Positions 1-13,594 of a stretch of 64,000 nucleotides of DNA are shown here, piece by piece. Each line of letters begins with the position of its first letter. Position 1 is the stretch's first letter. The position numbers and the translations under genes were made by a program. The notes under the pieces are model-generated. The model made no database searches. It was not told the DNA's origin and was given only the letters and a program-made list of their open reading frames with translations. The stretch comes from Eledone cirrhosa (taxonomy: Eukaryota): NCBI GenBank assembly GCA_964016885.1, contig OZ024742.1, forward strand, positions 62,372,001-62,436,000, read 5' to 3'.

Positions 1-150
1 AATTGATTTTGTGTGGTTAATTATGCTGATTGGGAGGATAAATACTGTATATATTTGATCAAATAATTCTATTGACTTACTTTCTTATATATCAATATAT
101 ATATATAGTAATAATAATAAATTTGAAAACTAATAATAAATAATATATTT

Positions 151-190
151 CAGAAGATCCCGTTAAGGGTGAAAGCGGCGATTCTTTTCT
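151..190 (+). ncRNA. Variant hammerhead-like motif at the 3' end of a PLE pseudo-LTR
   Basis: CAGAAGA-tCCC gttaa GGGt-GAAA; same terminus at 35501-35570 (+), 30631-30702 (-) and 33120-33177 (-); core deviates from CUGANGA. Confidence 0.45.
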
Positions 191-204
191 TAAACTTTAA
201 TCTG

Positions 205-235
<31 letters not shown>

Positions 236-257
236 CGTTTGTTCGTGTGTATTTCAG

Positions 258-415
258 GAGTGTAAGATTCCACATTTCACACAAAAGGAACAATTGTAAT
301 GATTCTATTGGATGGATGATGGTTTATCAAAAGTCTAATCCTTGCTTGAAAGACCCTCTTAAATATCCAGAAATTGTGTATTCAAACAAAATGACAAGAA
401 CAGATTTGACACACG
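258..415 (+). CDS. Penultimate coding exon of upstream paralogue A (secreted PAN-domain family protein)
   Basis: tttcAG acceptor and G|GTAAGT donor; 158 bp; encodes SVRFHISHKRNNCNDSIGWMMV...TDLTH; same length, same phases and 32/52 identical residues versus exon 61127-61284. Confidence 0.85.
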
Positions 416-484
416 GTAAGTGTTTATTCCTGTAACTTATTTTAAGCCAGTACAAGACTATACTATACAACATGTCTTTTTCTC

Positions 485-1060
485 ACCCAATGGTTGTAAC
501 TGCTACAAGGATAAAGTAGATGTTCTAATCAGCGGTAACTACATAGGTATCAAGTTGAAGGAATAGCTCATGAAAATTATCAAGAGTTATAGTACAATTA
601 ATTAGGAACATATTGAAGCTAGATAAAATACAGTTTGGCATTATGCTAGGTAGGGGTAAAATAGATGATATCCGCATATGAACTGCAATGCCTTGACTGT
701 ACAAGATCTGTGATGGCTGGAAAGAAATGAAGCGAGTATGCTCTGGTTGATGTTCAATGTTAGTGTGCATGAACAATGCAGCATACGTGAACTGTGAGAA
801 AAACTAGGCATAAGAGGAAACCGATGTAGTGTGAAAGAGAGAAGCCTGCAATGGTATGAGTATGTGATGCATATGGAGGATAGCAACTGTATAAAGAAAT
901 ACGGAGAAATATCAGTGAATGGGACTCATGCAGGAGGTAGATACTGTAAGAGAAGGAATGAAGAAGTGGAGACTGAACTTAGGAAACTAAATCTCATGAC
1001 AAAGATATTAAAGAACAAGGATTGGCAGCATGCCGTACTGGAGGACACTTGTCTATTAAT
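485..1060 (+). mobile_element. Degenerate RTE-clade LINE fragments
   Basis: Remnants of the NYRGIKL..QFG..GR and EKLGIR..LQWYEYVMHME RT segments, with stops. Confidence 0.7.
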
Positions 1061-1184
1061 AGTAGAATGTAAACGTGATCTGGCCTATTCATGCCACACT
1101 ACTCCATTACTCTCTAGTAACTATTCTGACCATCACTGTACTTTATCTGAGATCAGTCCCACCCTCCTCCACTCTCATGTCACC

Positions 1185-1655
1185 CGGTCAAATGGTAGTG
1201 GTGCTAATAAGTATGTGGTGTTAGTGCTGGTCTGTTGGTGGAGGTAGTGATGTTAATAGGACGTGTGGTGTTTGTGGTTGTGTTGGTCAAATGGTAGTGA
1301 TGCTAACAAGGGTGAGGTGTTAGTGATGATATTGGTGGTGGTAGTGGTACGAATATGTGTGGTTTTAGTTGTGGTTTTGGTGATGGTATTGGTAGTGGTG
1401 CTAGAGGTGATGTGTTGCTGGAAGCGGTGTAACGTGGCATTAGTGATGGTGCTGATGTTGGTAGTAGTGTGGTTTTAGTGGCAGTGTTTGTAGTAGTACT
1501 AATAGGAATGTGGTGTTAGTGGGGATGTTGGTGGTGGAAATGTTGTAGTTTGGTTTCAGTATTGATTGTTGTCTGGGTTTCGTGGTGGTGTTGATAGTGG
1601 TATGGTTTATAGCATAGATGGTGGTATTAATAGTGTTAGTTGTTGTTGTTTATTA
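1185..1655. repeat. GTG/GTT-rich low-complexity tract
   Basis: Degenerate (GTG)n/(GTA)n; duplicated in inverted form near 31670-32140. Confidence 0.8.
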
Positions 1656-1995
1656 TCATGAGACATATATTCCAAGATATCAAGCAGCAAATTGGCAAAG
1701 TCATTATATTATTGGATAGAATTATGTGTGCTATTATTTCTGGTTTTCTGTATTCAGGGTACAAACCCTGCCAAGGAATATTTCGTCTTTCATGCTTCCA
1801 AGTCAACAAAAAAGTACCAATTTCGTACTGGTATCGATTTTTTTCTCCATATATCCTTTTACTTCCAATCTATCATTTTCTCTCATTCTCTGGAAGAAAT
1901 CGTCTTTGTTCAGACCTGGCAAAGATGAGGCTTTGCCAGTTTGACATGCCCGAGACATATTGTGACTTTAAAAATTACACCAAAATTACACATTT

Positions 1996-2396
<401 letters not shown>

Positions 2397-2419
2397 AAAA
2401 GATTCTAAGACTTCCACTT

Positions 2420-3120
2420 ATCTCACAACTTCTCTTCGCGCTGGGTGCTGATGAACTTGCTCACTCAGTCCAGCCGCCCTTCAATGTGTGGCTGGTACTT
2501 GGATGACACGATTCTGGTAGGATTGGCCGAGCCTGTTACTGAGGACCTCCAGCGGGTCATTCCTTCCTTAAGGTACCTAGGACGGAAGATCAACTCCGAG
2601 ATCGAAAATTTGAGTCGAATTCCAAGACGCTGTAGCCAGCATCGTTCCTGTCCTGACTAGGGCACTGTTGACCCCGAAGGACAACATCAGCATTTTCGGC
2701 TCTCCGATCGCCCCGAAAGCTATACGTGAGTGCCATGAAGACCTGCCCAACCGCTTCCTATTTCCTATGGTCTCTGTCGAGACGTCTGGTGTCATTGGTC
2801 GCCGAACTGCTGATCTCCTCCGTTAGTCAGATAGAAAGATGACGGCTCGCTTGAGGAGGGAGCCCCATACGGTGAAATGGCTGTTGCAGCGGGTCTCTTT
2901 GGTCATTCTTCGCGGTAACACTTTTGCCGTTTTGTCTGCAGAGCGCGGCTAAAGCACCATTTAGACTGGGGTGTAGTGATTGTCTCTCTCCGTCTCCCTT
3001 TCTTTCGTCTTTCGATCCTTCTTTCTTTTTCTCCTTTTCCTTTCCTTTTTTCTTCTTCCTTTTCTGTTCCCTTTAGTAATGTGTTTTGTTTTTGTCAAAT
3101 ACTGCTCAATTAAAAATATA
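2420..3120 (+). mobile_element. CRE-clade non-LTR retrotransposon remnant (RT + restriction-like endonuclease, internally deleted)
   Basis: WYLDD..L.G..V.EDL RT motif, then VETSGVIG...WLLQRVSLVILRGN C-terminus and a pyrimidine-rich 3' UTR. Confidence 0.7.
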
Positions 3121-3409
3121 TTAATTTGTTGTATTTAAAGTACAGATATCACTCGTAAACTCGGTCCCAGTTCAAATTCTCCCAATTTACATTATATATT
3201 GCATGTTTTAGACTTGGGTAAAATAATCAATAATCTTTAACTACTGGGTATTAAGTGGATATTAACAATATCATGGGAACCAATCAATTCTAATTAATTA
3301 AAATTACACCCGTGGTGAGGAGAATAAAAACAGATTAATGACATATTCTGCTCAAGAAATGAAATCAAGGGAGGCGATCCACAAATATTAATTGACTTAA
3401 ATTAACAAA

Positions 3410-3530
3410 TAATTGTTTCTACATTTGGCACAAGGCCAGCAATTACCCAGTGCATTACTGGTACTTTATTTTATCGACCCCGTAAGGATGAAAGGCAAAG
3501 GTAACCTCAGCGGGATTTGAACTCAGAATG
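3410..3530 (-). mobile_element. tRNA-derived SINE (octopus-type)
   Basis: B-box gagttcaaatcc plus core ctttgcctttcatccttacggggtcgataaaataaagtaccag; other copies near 4913, 9895, 26440, 27170, 28563-28810, 29530, 38475. Confidence 0.85.
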
Positions 3531-3840
3531 GCAACAAATAATGAAATAGTGTAGACCTCATATTTGTGAGGAGGTGTTGTATCCCTTGGAGTGTGGTGTT
3601 AGGAAAGTGTTGTGGTGTTAGTGGTGGTGGTGGTAGTGGTAGTGGTCAGCTGCTGTATTAGTGGTGATACTGATATTGGTAGTAATGTACACATCTGGTA
3701 ATTCATTATCAACCCCAAGTAAATGAAGACAGATTCGAACCTGACATGCCTTTAAATATCACCTGATATGTTGCTTACCTTTCTAAACATTCTTCCAATC
3801 AATTGATTTATAATAAAACTATTTTTCTTTAATTTTACAG

Positions 3841-3890
3841 AATCTTATTCAGCAGCTGATTCTTTGTCAATTTATGTAAAGTTGACATAA
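3841..3890 (+). CDS. Last coding exon of paralogue A
   Basis: Polypyrimidine tract ttttacAG; phase 1 matches the donor at 415 and gives ESYSAADSLSIYVKLT-stop; AATAAA at 4048 and 4478 downstream. Confidence 0.7.
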
Positions 3891-5299
3891 AAACTTGACA
3901 AGATTATACCACAGTATTTAAAGTAGAAGACTTTAGAGAACGAGAAAAACGACCTCTTAGTTCTACAGGACTTTCATTCACATATATTTTATAGTGGAAA
4001 CTGGTACAACTGCAACACAGGTACCTCATAAGTATAGATTACAAGATAATAAAAGTATCTTAGACGTCACATCACATAATTTAGCACATCCTATTTCACT
4101 TGAAGTGTAACACCTATGGTGGCACATTAAATGTAGAATTATATAACAGAAAACACAGGAAGAAATACCAATATTAGTATGTTTATGTGTGTGTATGTGA
4201 ATGCGTGTATGTATGTATGTATTTATGTATGTACGTATGTATGTATTTGTGTATGCATGTAAGTTAGGTCGCTCTTCAGCACTACTGGTAAAATGTAACC
4301 CAGTACAACCTGTGTATGCTTGATTCGTTGGCGACATCGTCTGTTTGTATCGTATATTTATTCAATTATTTATTAATATATTTTCTGTGTGTAACTATTA
4401 ATTAAAATAATTTAGAGGAGATTGTTATTATGTAACACCTATCTCAGTGGTACCTACTGTATCTTGGCTACACTTTCAATAAATATCATTAAATACATTT
4501 CTCTATTATTGTTTTAAATTATTTGGTGTTGATAAAACAATTTCGTATTAAAAACATTCTATAGAATATCAGCCATAATAATATTATTTTATTCTTTTGA
4601 TAGATTCAGTCATTGTCTAAATAGAAACTGTGTTGAACATAATTTCGTAACCATTAATATATTCCTGTTGAGTTTAGCAAGAGTAATCTCCATATTTGGG
4701 AATGTTTCGACTGGGATGAAATATACACTGACTCACACACACGCTCTCTTACACATACACACACACAGTCACGTACACATGCTCAAATAAACAGGATTCA
4801 GAAGAAGCCTTCAAATTTGGGAATGTTTTCACTGGGATGAAATATACAGTGACACAGGCACACACACACGCGAGAGGACACACACACACACACACAAATA
4901 CACACACACACAAGGTTGACTTTGCCTTTCATCCTTACGGAGTCGATAAAATAAAGTACCAGTAATGCACTGGGATAATTGCTGGCCGTAAATAGGAAGC
5001 TTGGGTACAATTGAAGCTGTTAGTGTGTATTGCTGTTGAGATTTATCATTTCGTCGTTGTTGAGTGGAGCTAGTGGCAGTTGATGTTGTTGTTGTTATTT
5101 GGTTTCTTATCGTTTTGATGATGCTGTTGTTGTTGATGGTGTTCATAAGCTCTGACCCTGTCAATAACACCAGTGTCAGTCTAATTATAGATTTTTGTCC
5201 TCTTCCTTTCAAATTTGTGGGAAGGGACGTTAAAGATATTCAGGTAATTAATTTGTGTTTTCCCGTCTTTTTTTTCTTTTTACTATGTTTAAAATCCTC

Positions 5300-5750
5300 G
5301 TGTACATTCGGACTTACAATCAGCCTTAAAAAGACCAAAAAATGTTTACTCCTGCACCTGGAGAGCCATATACTGAACCCAATATCATGGTTGATGGAAC
5401 CAGGTTTGAAGTAGATATATTTGTCTACTTGGGTTGCACACTGTCACATGATGGCTTATTGGGTGCTAAAATATATCTCTGCACCCAGAAGGCCTCTGTT
5501 GCTTTCGGAAAATTGGAAAAGAGAGTTTGGGCAAATCACAACATTGCCAACAGTACGAAGGTGTGTGTGTATAGGTCATGTGTTATGTCTATTATTTTAT
5601 ACTCCTCCAAAACCTGGACGCTACTCCGTAAACACATCAAATTGCTTTAGCGCTTTCATGAGCTCCACCTTGGAAAAAGGCCTCAAATCAAACCAAATAT
5701 GAGGTACAAAGACAACATCAAGAACAGCAACAAAGAGCTGGAATTTGATT
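5300..5750 (+). mobile_element. RTE LINE RT C-terminal fragment
   Basis: FVYLGCTLS...KASVAFGKLEKRVW...VYRSCVMSIILYSSKTW. Confidence 0.85.
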
Positions 5751-6239
5751 TCGATAAACTTTCTCTTTGCAACGACATCCCGACATTTCCAAAATGAAGC
5801 TACCGGAATTCTCCGCGGCTTGGCTTCTTACTTCAGCCACCTGACCGCGTCTAAATTTACAGCATCTTAATTTGTTTTATTTCCTTTCTTATGACATGTC
5901 CGCACAGCTAACTCAACTTCTCATCTTTCTAAATAAATTATATATAAAAAAACGTCGTAATGCCTTATGATGATATTTGCCACAACATTCCCCTGGACTG
6001 CTTCTTCGGCGACTTCTCTGTGATACAATACACAAACAAATACGTACATTCTCAACACACATATATACATATCTATATATAATCTAACATCCAAAAATAC
6101 TTATTTCTATATATGTGTGTATGTATGTATGTATGTATGTATGTATGTATGTATGTATGTATGTATGTGTGTATGTATGTATGTATGTATGTATGTATGT
6201 ATGTATGTATGTATGTATGTATGTATGTATGTATGTATG

Positions 6240-6620
6240 TATTCCCTTTGTCCAGCGGAATTCTCATGGACATAAGACGCTCACTACTGGGAATTCTTCT
6301 AATTTATTCACAAGAACAGTCTTAACAGCAAATCCTAACCCAGCCTCTCTTCTGGTTCCTTCATCTCTTCCTTTCCAGAAGAATGTATATTCTCCACAAA
6401 ATTCTGTAAGATGACCATCTCCAGCTAACCTCGTCTCAGATAAAGCCACGATGTCAAGATCGTAACGCCGAAGCTCCTTTACAACAAGGGCGGTCCTTCC
6501 TTCAGGACGCTCCAAGGAATCCCTGTCAAGCAGCGTCCGTACGTTCCAGCAGCCAAAACTAAATGCCTTGTTTGGCTCTATTACAACGGCACGATGACGA
6601 GCGGGCCCAGGCTGTGATAA
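6240..6620 (-). mobile_element. RTE LINE 5' part (APE endonuclease)
   Basis: CWNVRTLLD...RTALVVKELRRYDLDIVALSETRL...FFWKG...GLGFAVK. Confidence 0.9.
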
Positions 6621-6735
6621 CCTGGGGCCCCTGCCCTTATTGCCAATTATCTTTTTTGTTCCAGAACCTAAATTGCCAATTATCTCTTTTATATTGTTCT
6701 GGAACATCATTGAATTGGAAAAAAAAAAAAAAAAA

Positions 6736-8410
6736 TGGAGTGAAACAGGGGGATATTCCAGCACCGACCCTGTTTGCCATATACTTTGCAATGGTTTTCT
6801 GTATTGCATTCAGGAATTGCGAGCATGGTGTTTACATCCGATATCGAACCTCAGGCAGCATATTTAACATCAGGCGCTTTGCTGCAAAGACAAAAGTATT
6901 TACATCAATCATAAGAGATGTATGCAGATGATTGTGATCTTGTAGCGCACACAGAGAGCGATATGCAGCACATTTTGAATGCATTTTCTGACGCTTGCAC
7001 TGCCCTAGGATTGATTGTCTGTCTCAAGAAAACCGTCGTCATGTACCAACCTGCCCCTGGTAAGCAGTACACTGAACCAAATATCTATGTGTATGGTAAA
7101 CGACTTGGAGTGGTTGATCAGTTTGTCTACCTGCGAAGCACTGTCAATCGATACAGTAAACTTGACAGTGAAATCTCACTTAGGATTAGGAAAGCAAATG
7201 ATGGATTAGGAAAGCAAGTGATGCTTTCGGAAAGCTAGAAAGGCGACTCTGGGGTCAGCGAGACATATGCAGGAGGACAAAGGTAAAGGTGTACAAGGCA
7301 TGTGTGCTCTCTTGTCTTTTTTATGCCTGCGAGACCTGGGTCACATATCGACACCACCTTAAGCAATTGGAGCGTTTCCATCAGATGTGTCTCAGACGGA
7401 TCCATGGCGTTCACTGGAGGGACCACATCAGTGATGTCGAGATTTTGGAAAGCTCTGTGTGACAGTATAGAAGGTCTTGTGCTTAAGCAACGATTCCGTT
7501 GGAGTGGTCACCTTGCCAGGATGAAGGATTCTAGAATACCAAAACAACTCTTTTATTGAGAGTTGGTTAAAGGAAAACGACCGCCACATAAACCAAAAAA
7601 GAGGTATAAGGATTCCTTTGAAAGACGCTAACATCTCTGCTGATACATGTGAAAATATTGCTGCTGTCCGTAATAAATGGAGAAAGACTATATGAGGGAA
7701 AAGTTGCCTTTGAGGCATCTCGAATCGCATACGAGAAAGTAAAGCGGGATGTGAGGAAGGGCATTGCTGTTGCACTTCCAGACGGCGAGGGTCCTCCTAT
7801 AGTGCTGACATGCAGCGTATGTACGAGACTCTGCCTAAGCAAAGCTGGACTCGAAAGTCATCTTCGCAGTCATCAGATAAGACCAGTGGTTGACTACCAG
7901 GCTGCTGTTGGAGATGCTACTCATCATGCTTGCCGAGCATGTGGTAGAGAATGTAAATCAGCAGGAGGGCTCAAGCGACATGCAAAAGTACATGAGCTCC
8001 AACCACAGCCGGCTATTCCCAGTGTATGTTTTGGTTGCCGACTCTGTGCAAACATTTTAGATCATTGGCTGGGCTAAAAAGCCACATTCGATCGCAGCGC
8101 TGTTAGTTGCTATCGTGTGTGTGTGTGTATAGATATGTTTGTGTGTGCGTGTGTGTGTATATATATATATGTATATGTATATTATTATTGGTGTTGTTGT
8201 CGTTATTATTATTGTTGTTATTATTATTATTATTGTTATTAATGTATATGTGTGTGTATATATATATATATGTATATATGTATATGTATGTGTGTATATA
8301 TATATATTTCTTTTTTTTAATATTATTTTATTTTTCATTTATTTATTAATATTTTTTTCTCCTCATGCAATGGCCATACTCGATAACGAGGAGGCAGCCA
8401 TCATCATGTA
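6736..8410 (+). mobile_element. RTE LINE, RT to 3' end, with C-terminal C2H2 zinc fingers (frameshifted)
   Basis: GVKQGD..APTLF, YADD, FVYL.S, RWSGHLARM; CxxC-x12-HxxxH units at about 7811, 7931 and 8036; 3' stem-loop and tail at 8365-8410. Confidence 0.9.
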
Positions 8411-8959
8411 TGTATGTATATGTACAGCCACCGGAAATAACATCTGTGAAATAAACAACTCTATCTATCTGCTTAGCTAGCTACCTCACCGTGAAACAAA
8501 CAACCCTTAGGCCACCAAAATAAAACGTCTACGCAGCGGCTAAACATCAAACGATTATTTTTGTATAAATAGAGTGGTTCCAAACACTTTCACCAATCGA
8601 CCTTTGACAGAGTCAGCTCGCGTATCGTTGTTCCTCTCCTCTGCCACGCTTGTCACTCACACACGGCTTGTACCTGTGTATCGTCGCTTCATGTATGAAC
8701 ATAAATAGCTGACCGAAACTACATCTCTCGCCTTGCTCGTCCTTTCAACTTCCTCCTTCGTCTGTTCATCTTTACCGTATGTGACAACAGTCCTTTTAAG
8801 GGCTATCCTCAGATCCGATCAGACCGTATGAGATAAAAGTCCTTTTAAGGGCTATTCTCGGATCCGATCAGAAGTAGCGACCAGACCCACTAACCACGTC
8901 GCTACATATGTATGTATGTTGACTTGTTCTTCTTTTTGGTAAATATCATCTTGGTTAAG

Positions 8960-9295
8960 AGAGTGGGACTGGCTTTGTGCAGTGCCTTTGCTCACTATAA
9001 AAGCTTCAAGGCACAGGCATTGCTTTATATCTGGAGATCTCTCTGCACTTGTCGTCACATGGTACTATGTGTCAATAATTGTCACAAGTGTAGTGTTTGT
9101 ACCAGAGTTTTCAAGTCGCTGGCTGGATTAAATGGTCACACTCGTTCAGCGCATCGGTAGGGGTTCTCCTACATGGTTATAAAGTAGTGGCCGTACTCGA
9201 AAACGAGTTGGCAGCCACCATGTATGTATGTATGTATGTATGTATGTATGTATGTATGTATGTATGTATGTATGTATGTATGTATGTATGTATTT
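8960..9295 (+). mobile_element. 3' end of a related RTE LINE with a C2H2 finger and (TGTA)n tail
   Basis: CSVCTRVFKSLAGLNGHTRSAH; 3' end tggccgtactcgaaaacgag.tggcagcca matches 8370-8400. Confidence 0.75.
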
Positions 9296-9546
9296 ATGAA
9301 AGCGAGTAGATCTGTTGTTAGGCTGTTCATTCATGATCGTAAAGTCACGAGTTCGATTCCAGGAGGTACTCTGTACACTTGAATTGTACATGTTATTGGT
9401 TTGCCATTCCTATATTTTCTATAATACCTAATCACTTAAATGATTCGATAGCTTGTAAAAAAGGTTTGTTTACATCCAAGCTGTTCGCTAGAGCTGTCAT
9501 ATTTAGACGGAATCTGGGAACAGAGGTTCTCTAACTTCATGGTAAT

Positions 9547-9632
<86 letters not shown>

Positions 9633-9894
9633 TGTTATACATAGGGACGGTCTTGCTTCCAATAAAAATACACGCACCTGTTTGTTGGTTTTCACTTCAA
9701 TTTAATATAAATTTCCTGTTTGTTGGTTCAATAACCGGATGGTTTTTTTATATATTGTCAAAGCTCTTTCGTGTTTTTTTTTCCTGCCGGCAGCATATCA
9801 ATAAATCTGATTTCATCCGAGGATATCGTTCTCATAACAACAACAAATGCATGAAGGACTTCTCGATTGCATGGAAAACTGTGGAAATAATTAT

Positions 9895-10085
9895 AATTGT
9901 TTCTACTTTGGCACAAGGTCAGCAATAACCCAGTACATTACTGGTACTTTATTTTATCGACCCCGTAAGGATGAAAGGCAAAGTTGAGCTCGGCGGGATT
10001 TGAACTTAGAATGGAAAGGGTCGTAACTCTATGCGTCAAAGCATGGCGTCCTACCCTCTACGGATACTGCCAATCTACCGCCCTT
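9895..10085 (-). mobile_element. tRNA-derived SINE, near full length
   Basis: Same core as 3410-3530 plus tRNA-like head. Confidence 0.85.
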
Positions 10086-10398
10086 GTGGTAGAAACTAAC
10101 ATATTAGGTAGACAAACAAGTCAGAGAGAGAGTGGGGTGTGAGGGAGGGAGAGAGAGAGAGAGAAGAGAGAGTGAGTGAGAGAGAGAGAGAGAGAGAAGA
10201 GAGAGTGAGTGAGAGTGAGAGTGAGAGAGAGTAAGAGAGAGAGAAAGAGTGTGGAAATAATTATAATGATTAAACGATTTCTGTAACATCAGCATTTTAT
10301 TTTGTTATTATTATAAAAATCTCCATCGTAACTAAAAACTGCGATTGTTGAGTGCTTTCTCCTGCTTGCTCCTGTTTTTACCAAAACAATCTCTTCGG

Positions 10399-10462
<64 letters not shown>

Positions 10463-11044
10463 TATATATATATATTCGTAGAAAAATAGGAAGAACTCAA
10501 CGCAAGGAGGCTGTTAAAACACCAAAATGCCGTCAATGGGAGCTTCGGGTAAAATTTACCTCGATGGAAAAAAATCAGCGGCTAAAGTGTGTTGGCTCAC
10601 AGTAGTTATCGGAAGAAAATGGATGAGTGAAGATCACACAAACTTTCAGACCGACCAGGGTTTTGAGGATTTCACTAAAACTAGAAGGTAAAATAGACGG
10701 CTCGTGTAACAGAGAAATAGATATTTCTGTTGATATGGTGTTTGTGTTAGGAACTAACATATTAGATAGACAAACAAGTCAGAGAGAGAGAGTGTCGTAT
10801 GAGGGGAGCGGGAGAGAGAGAGGGGGAGAGAGAGTGACTGAGAGGGAGAGGGAGAGAGCGTAAGAGAGGGAGATTGAGAGAGAGTAAGAGAAAGAGAGAG
10901 ATAGAGAGAGAACGGTTGAAAATATATAGTATTTTCTTAAGTACACATATCGGCTGAGTAGCCTCATATGCATACCGACCGAGTTACGGCTGGCCTTGCC
11001 GAATATTAAAAATAAAATTAAAATTTTATTTCTTACACTACCTC

Positions 11045-11314
11045 AATAGACTGGCACAGGTATACAGTCCTGATGAAGAGTAATGACCCAGAAACAAGTT
11101 GATTGTTCTTCAAAGCCAGTGTTGAACAAACAGGTGACGATCGGTCACTGGCACGGCACAGCTTCAAATCGGGCCGTTTAATTACAAACGAAGCGAACAT
11201 TATATTTAATGTTCGATATAACCCATGCGTACATTGAAAAAGCTGAAATATCTGTGTACATGCGTATATGCATATGGGCGTGTCTGTGTATATGTGTATG
11301 TATATATGTGTGTG

Positions 11315-11357
<43 letters not shown>

Positions 11358-11430
11358 GCTTATCAATATAAATATATGTACGTGTGCATACCTTCATTTA
11401 TGTATCAGCTGTGCTTCGGCGAGAAATAAA
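11045..11430 (+). mobile_element. PLE pseudo-LTR-like repeat with hammerhead-like core
   Basis: CTGATGA (11070) ... GAAAC (11091); diverged direct homologue at 14075-14380. Confidence 0.5.
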
Positions 11431-11456
11431 ATTCTAATTTTATACATATTTTATAG

Positions 11457-11978
11457 TATCTAGAATAAGGACGGGTTGGAAGAAGTTTAGGGAGCTGCTT
11501 CCTCTGCTGACGAAGAAGGGTTTCTCCCTGCGTACGAAAGACTGGTTATATGATGCTTGTGTGAGGTGTGCGATGCTGCATGGTAGTGAGACATGGGCAG
11601 CAACTGCAGAGGATATGCGACGGCTGGGGAGAAATGAGGCAAGCATGCTTCGTTGGATGTGCAATGACAGTGTACGTGAACGACCGAGCATGGGTGTGTT
11701 GAGAGAGAAACTGAAGAAGGATAAGTTGTAGTGTGCGAGAGAGAAGACTGCGATGGTATGGACATGTGATGCCCATTGAGGCTGACGGCAGGGTAAAGAA
11801 GTGCCAATAAATGCCAGTTGAAGGAAGACGCAGTAGAGTAGGACCTCAGATCGCTGAAGCTCACGGTGTAGATGACGAAGGACCGTGACAAGTGGAGAGA
11901 TGGTGTGCTGAATAGGACCCGTCCCACCCTTGCAAGCAGGGAAAAGCGGACGTAAAATGATGATGTTGATGATGATGA

Positions 11979-11982
<4 letters not shown>
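11457..11982 (+). mobile_element. RTE LINE 3' end with (GAT)n tail
   Basis: GWKKFRELLPLL...YDACVRCAMLHGSETW...LRWYGHV. Confidence 0.85.
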
Positions 11983-12038
<56 letters not shown>

Positions 12039-12054
<16 letters not shown>

Positions 12055-12630
12055 GTAGTTCCTGTCTGTCTGTTTGTTTGTTTGTTTGTGTGTTCACGAA
12101 CTGCTATTGTTTTGGAGATAGAACCCCATAACCATATATATTCTGAAGCTATATTGCCCAGAGTACCTGGATAAGTATATTTCATTTTAATCAAAGGGTT
12201 CCCCGGCGGCAAAAAGCCCCGTATAAACTCCCGCTGAAAATGTATTCCCTTCGATTTATATGAAATTTAAACCCTAGGTAAATGACAAGATATGATGCCT
12301 ATTCAGAAAATTTCAGCAAATTTCAATAATATTAAGATACACTAAATGGGAGTTCAATTTTGGAAGCCCATAACTTGAGTATTGAAACTTAAAAAATTAT
12401 TTACAAGAAAGAAAATAAGAATAAGATTTAATAATGTAATTTTGATTTGATATATTGCAAAAAATAATGTTTTCCAAATTTTCATGCATTACATTTTACA
12501 TTGAGTAATATTGAAATGCAGAGTTTTTCTCCATAAATTATATCACTGATTTAAAATCAATCATCATTTTCTTACAAGAAAAAAAAAAAAAAAATGTGTG
12601 AAACGCAGCAAGACGCGGGTAATTCGGCTA

Positions 12631-12631
<1 letters not shown>
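12039..12631 (+). mobile_element. Non-autonomous Helitron
   Basis: 5' tatatataaaattgtagtt followed by (tgtc)/(tgtt) repeats; GC-rich subterminal segment and CTAG|T at 12628-12632. Confidence 0.7.
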
Positions 12632-12698
<67 letters not shown>

Positions 12699-12750
12699 TT
12701 TCTGAATTTGTTTAGCAAGACTTTGTATCTGGAAACGTGTGTTGAAACCG

Positions 12751-13594
12751 ATATTGTTATACTTTGGGGGGGGGGGGGGGAGCCATGTTGCCAATAAGAA
12801 ACACACGCACCAGTTGTTCACTTTAAATTATTATAAATTTCCGGTTGGTTGGTTCCACAACCGGATGGTTGTTCATATATTGTCAAAGTTCTTTCGTCAC
12901 ACATTCTGTGACCTCTTCAGTGACTGGGGATTCTTTTTTTTTATTTGTGCCTCTCCTTTGTTCTATCCTACGCCATCTTGTTTCTGTGTGTGTTGTGTGC
13001 TTAGTTTGCGCATGTGTTACATCCGGGTGTCTGTGTGTGTTTTTATTTGTTTATTTATTTGTTTATTTACATGTTACTAGTTGATTGTTTGTTCTATGTG
13101 TGTGTGTTTTCCTTTTCCCTTAATTATAAGTTGTGATGTTGGTATTCTATTTAATTTTGGTTGGAGTTCATATTTATTTATTGCCTCTGTGATTTGTCTA
13201 AACATTGCGTCTTTTCTGTGTGTAGATTCTATTTTAACTCTATGTTCTCTAACTTGCCCTAACGTTCTATTTTAGCATGTTGGTGGAGTATTGATGAGTC
13301 TTTTCTATCTTGGATTTCTCGCCAGTGTTCATTTAATCGTTCTCCTATGCTACGAGCTGTCTCACCTATGTATATTATGGCGTATCACAGAACAAAGGAA
13401 AGGCACAAAATAAAGTAAAGAATCTACAGTCACTGAAGAGGTCACAGAAGGTGTGACGAAAGAACTTTGACAATATATGAACAACCATCCGGTTGTGGAA
13501 CCAACCAACCGGAAATTTATAATAAATTGAAGTGAAAGCAACTGACCCGTGTGTTTCTTATTGGCAACATGAGCCTCCCAAAGTATAACCATAT
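12751..13594. mobile_element. Fold-back element, ~220 bp arms, hammerhead in each arm
   Basis: 12751-12977 is the reverse complement of 13376-13594; a truncated third copy lies at 9645-9772. Confidence 0.85.
13427..13472 (+). ncRNA. Minimal type I hammerhead ribozyme motif
   Basis: gtca-CTGAAGA-g-GTCACA gaagg TGTGAC-GAAA-g aa c tt-tgac; stems I and II pair; mirror copy at 12882-12926 (-). Confidence 0.7.

Noticed and set aside
9895-10085. tRNA gene
   Set aside because: A/B boxes belong to a multi-copy SINE head; no full cloverleaf
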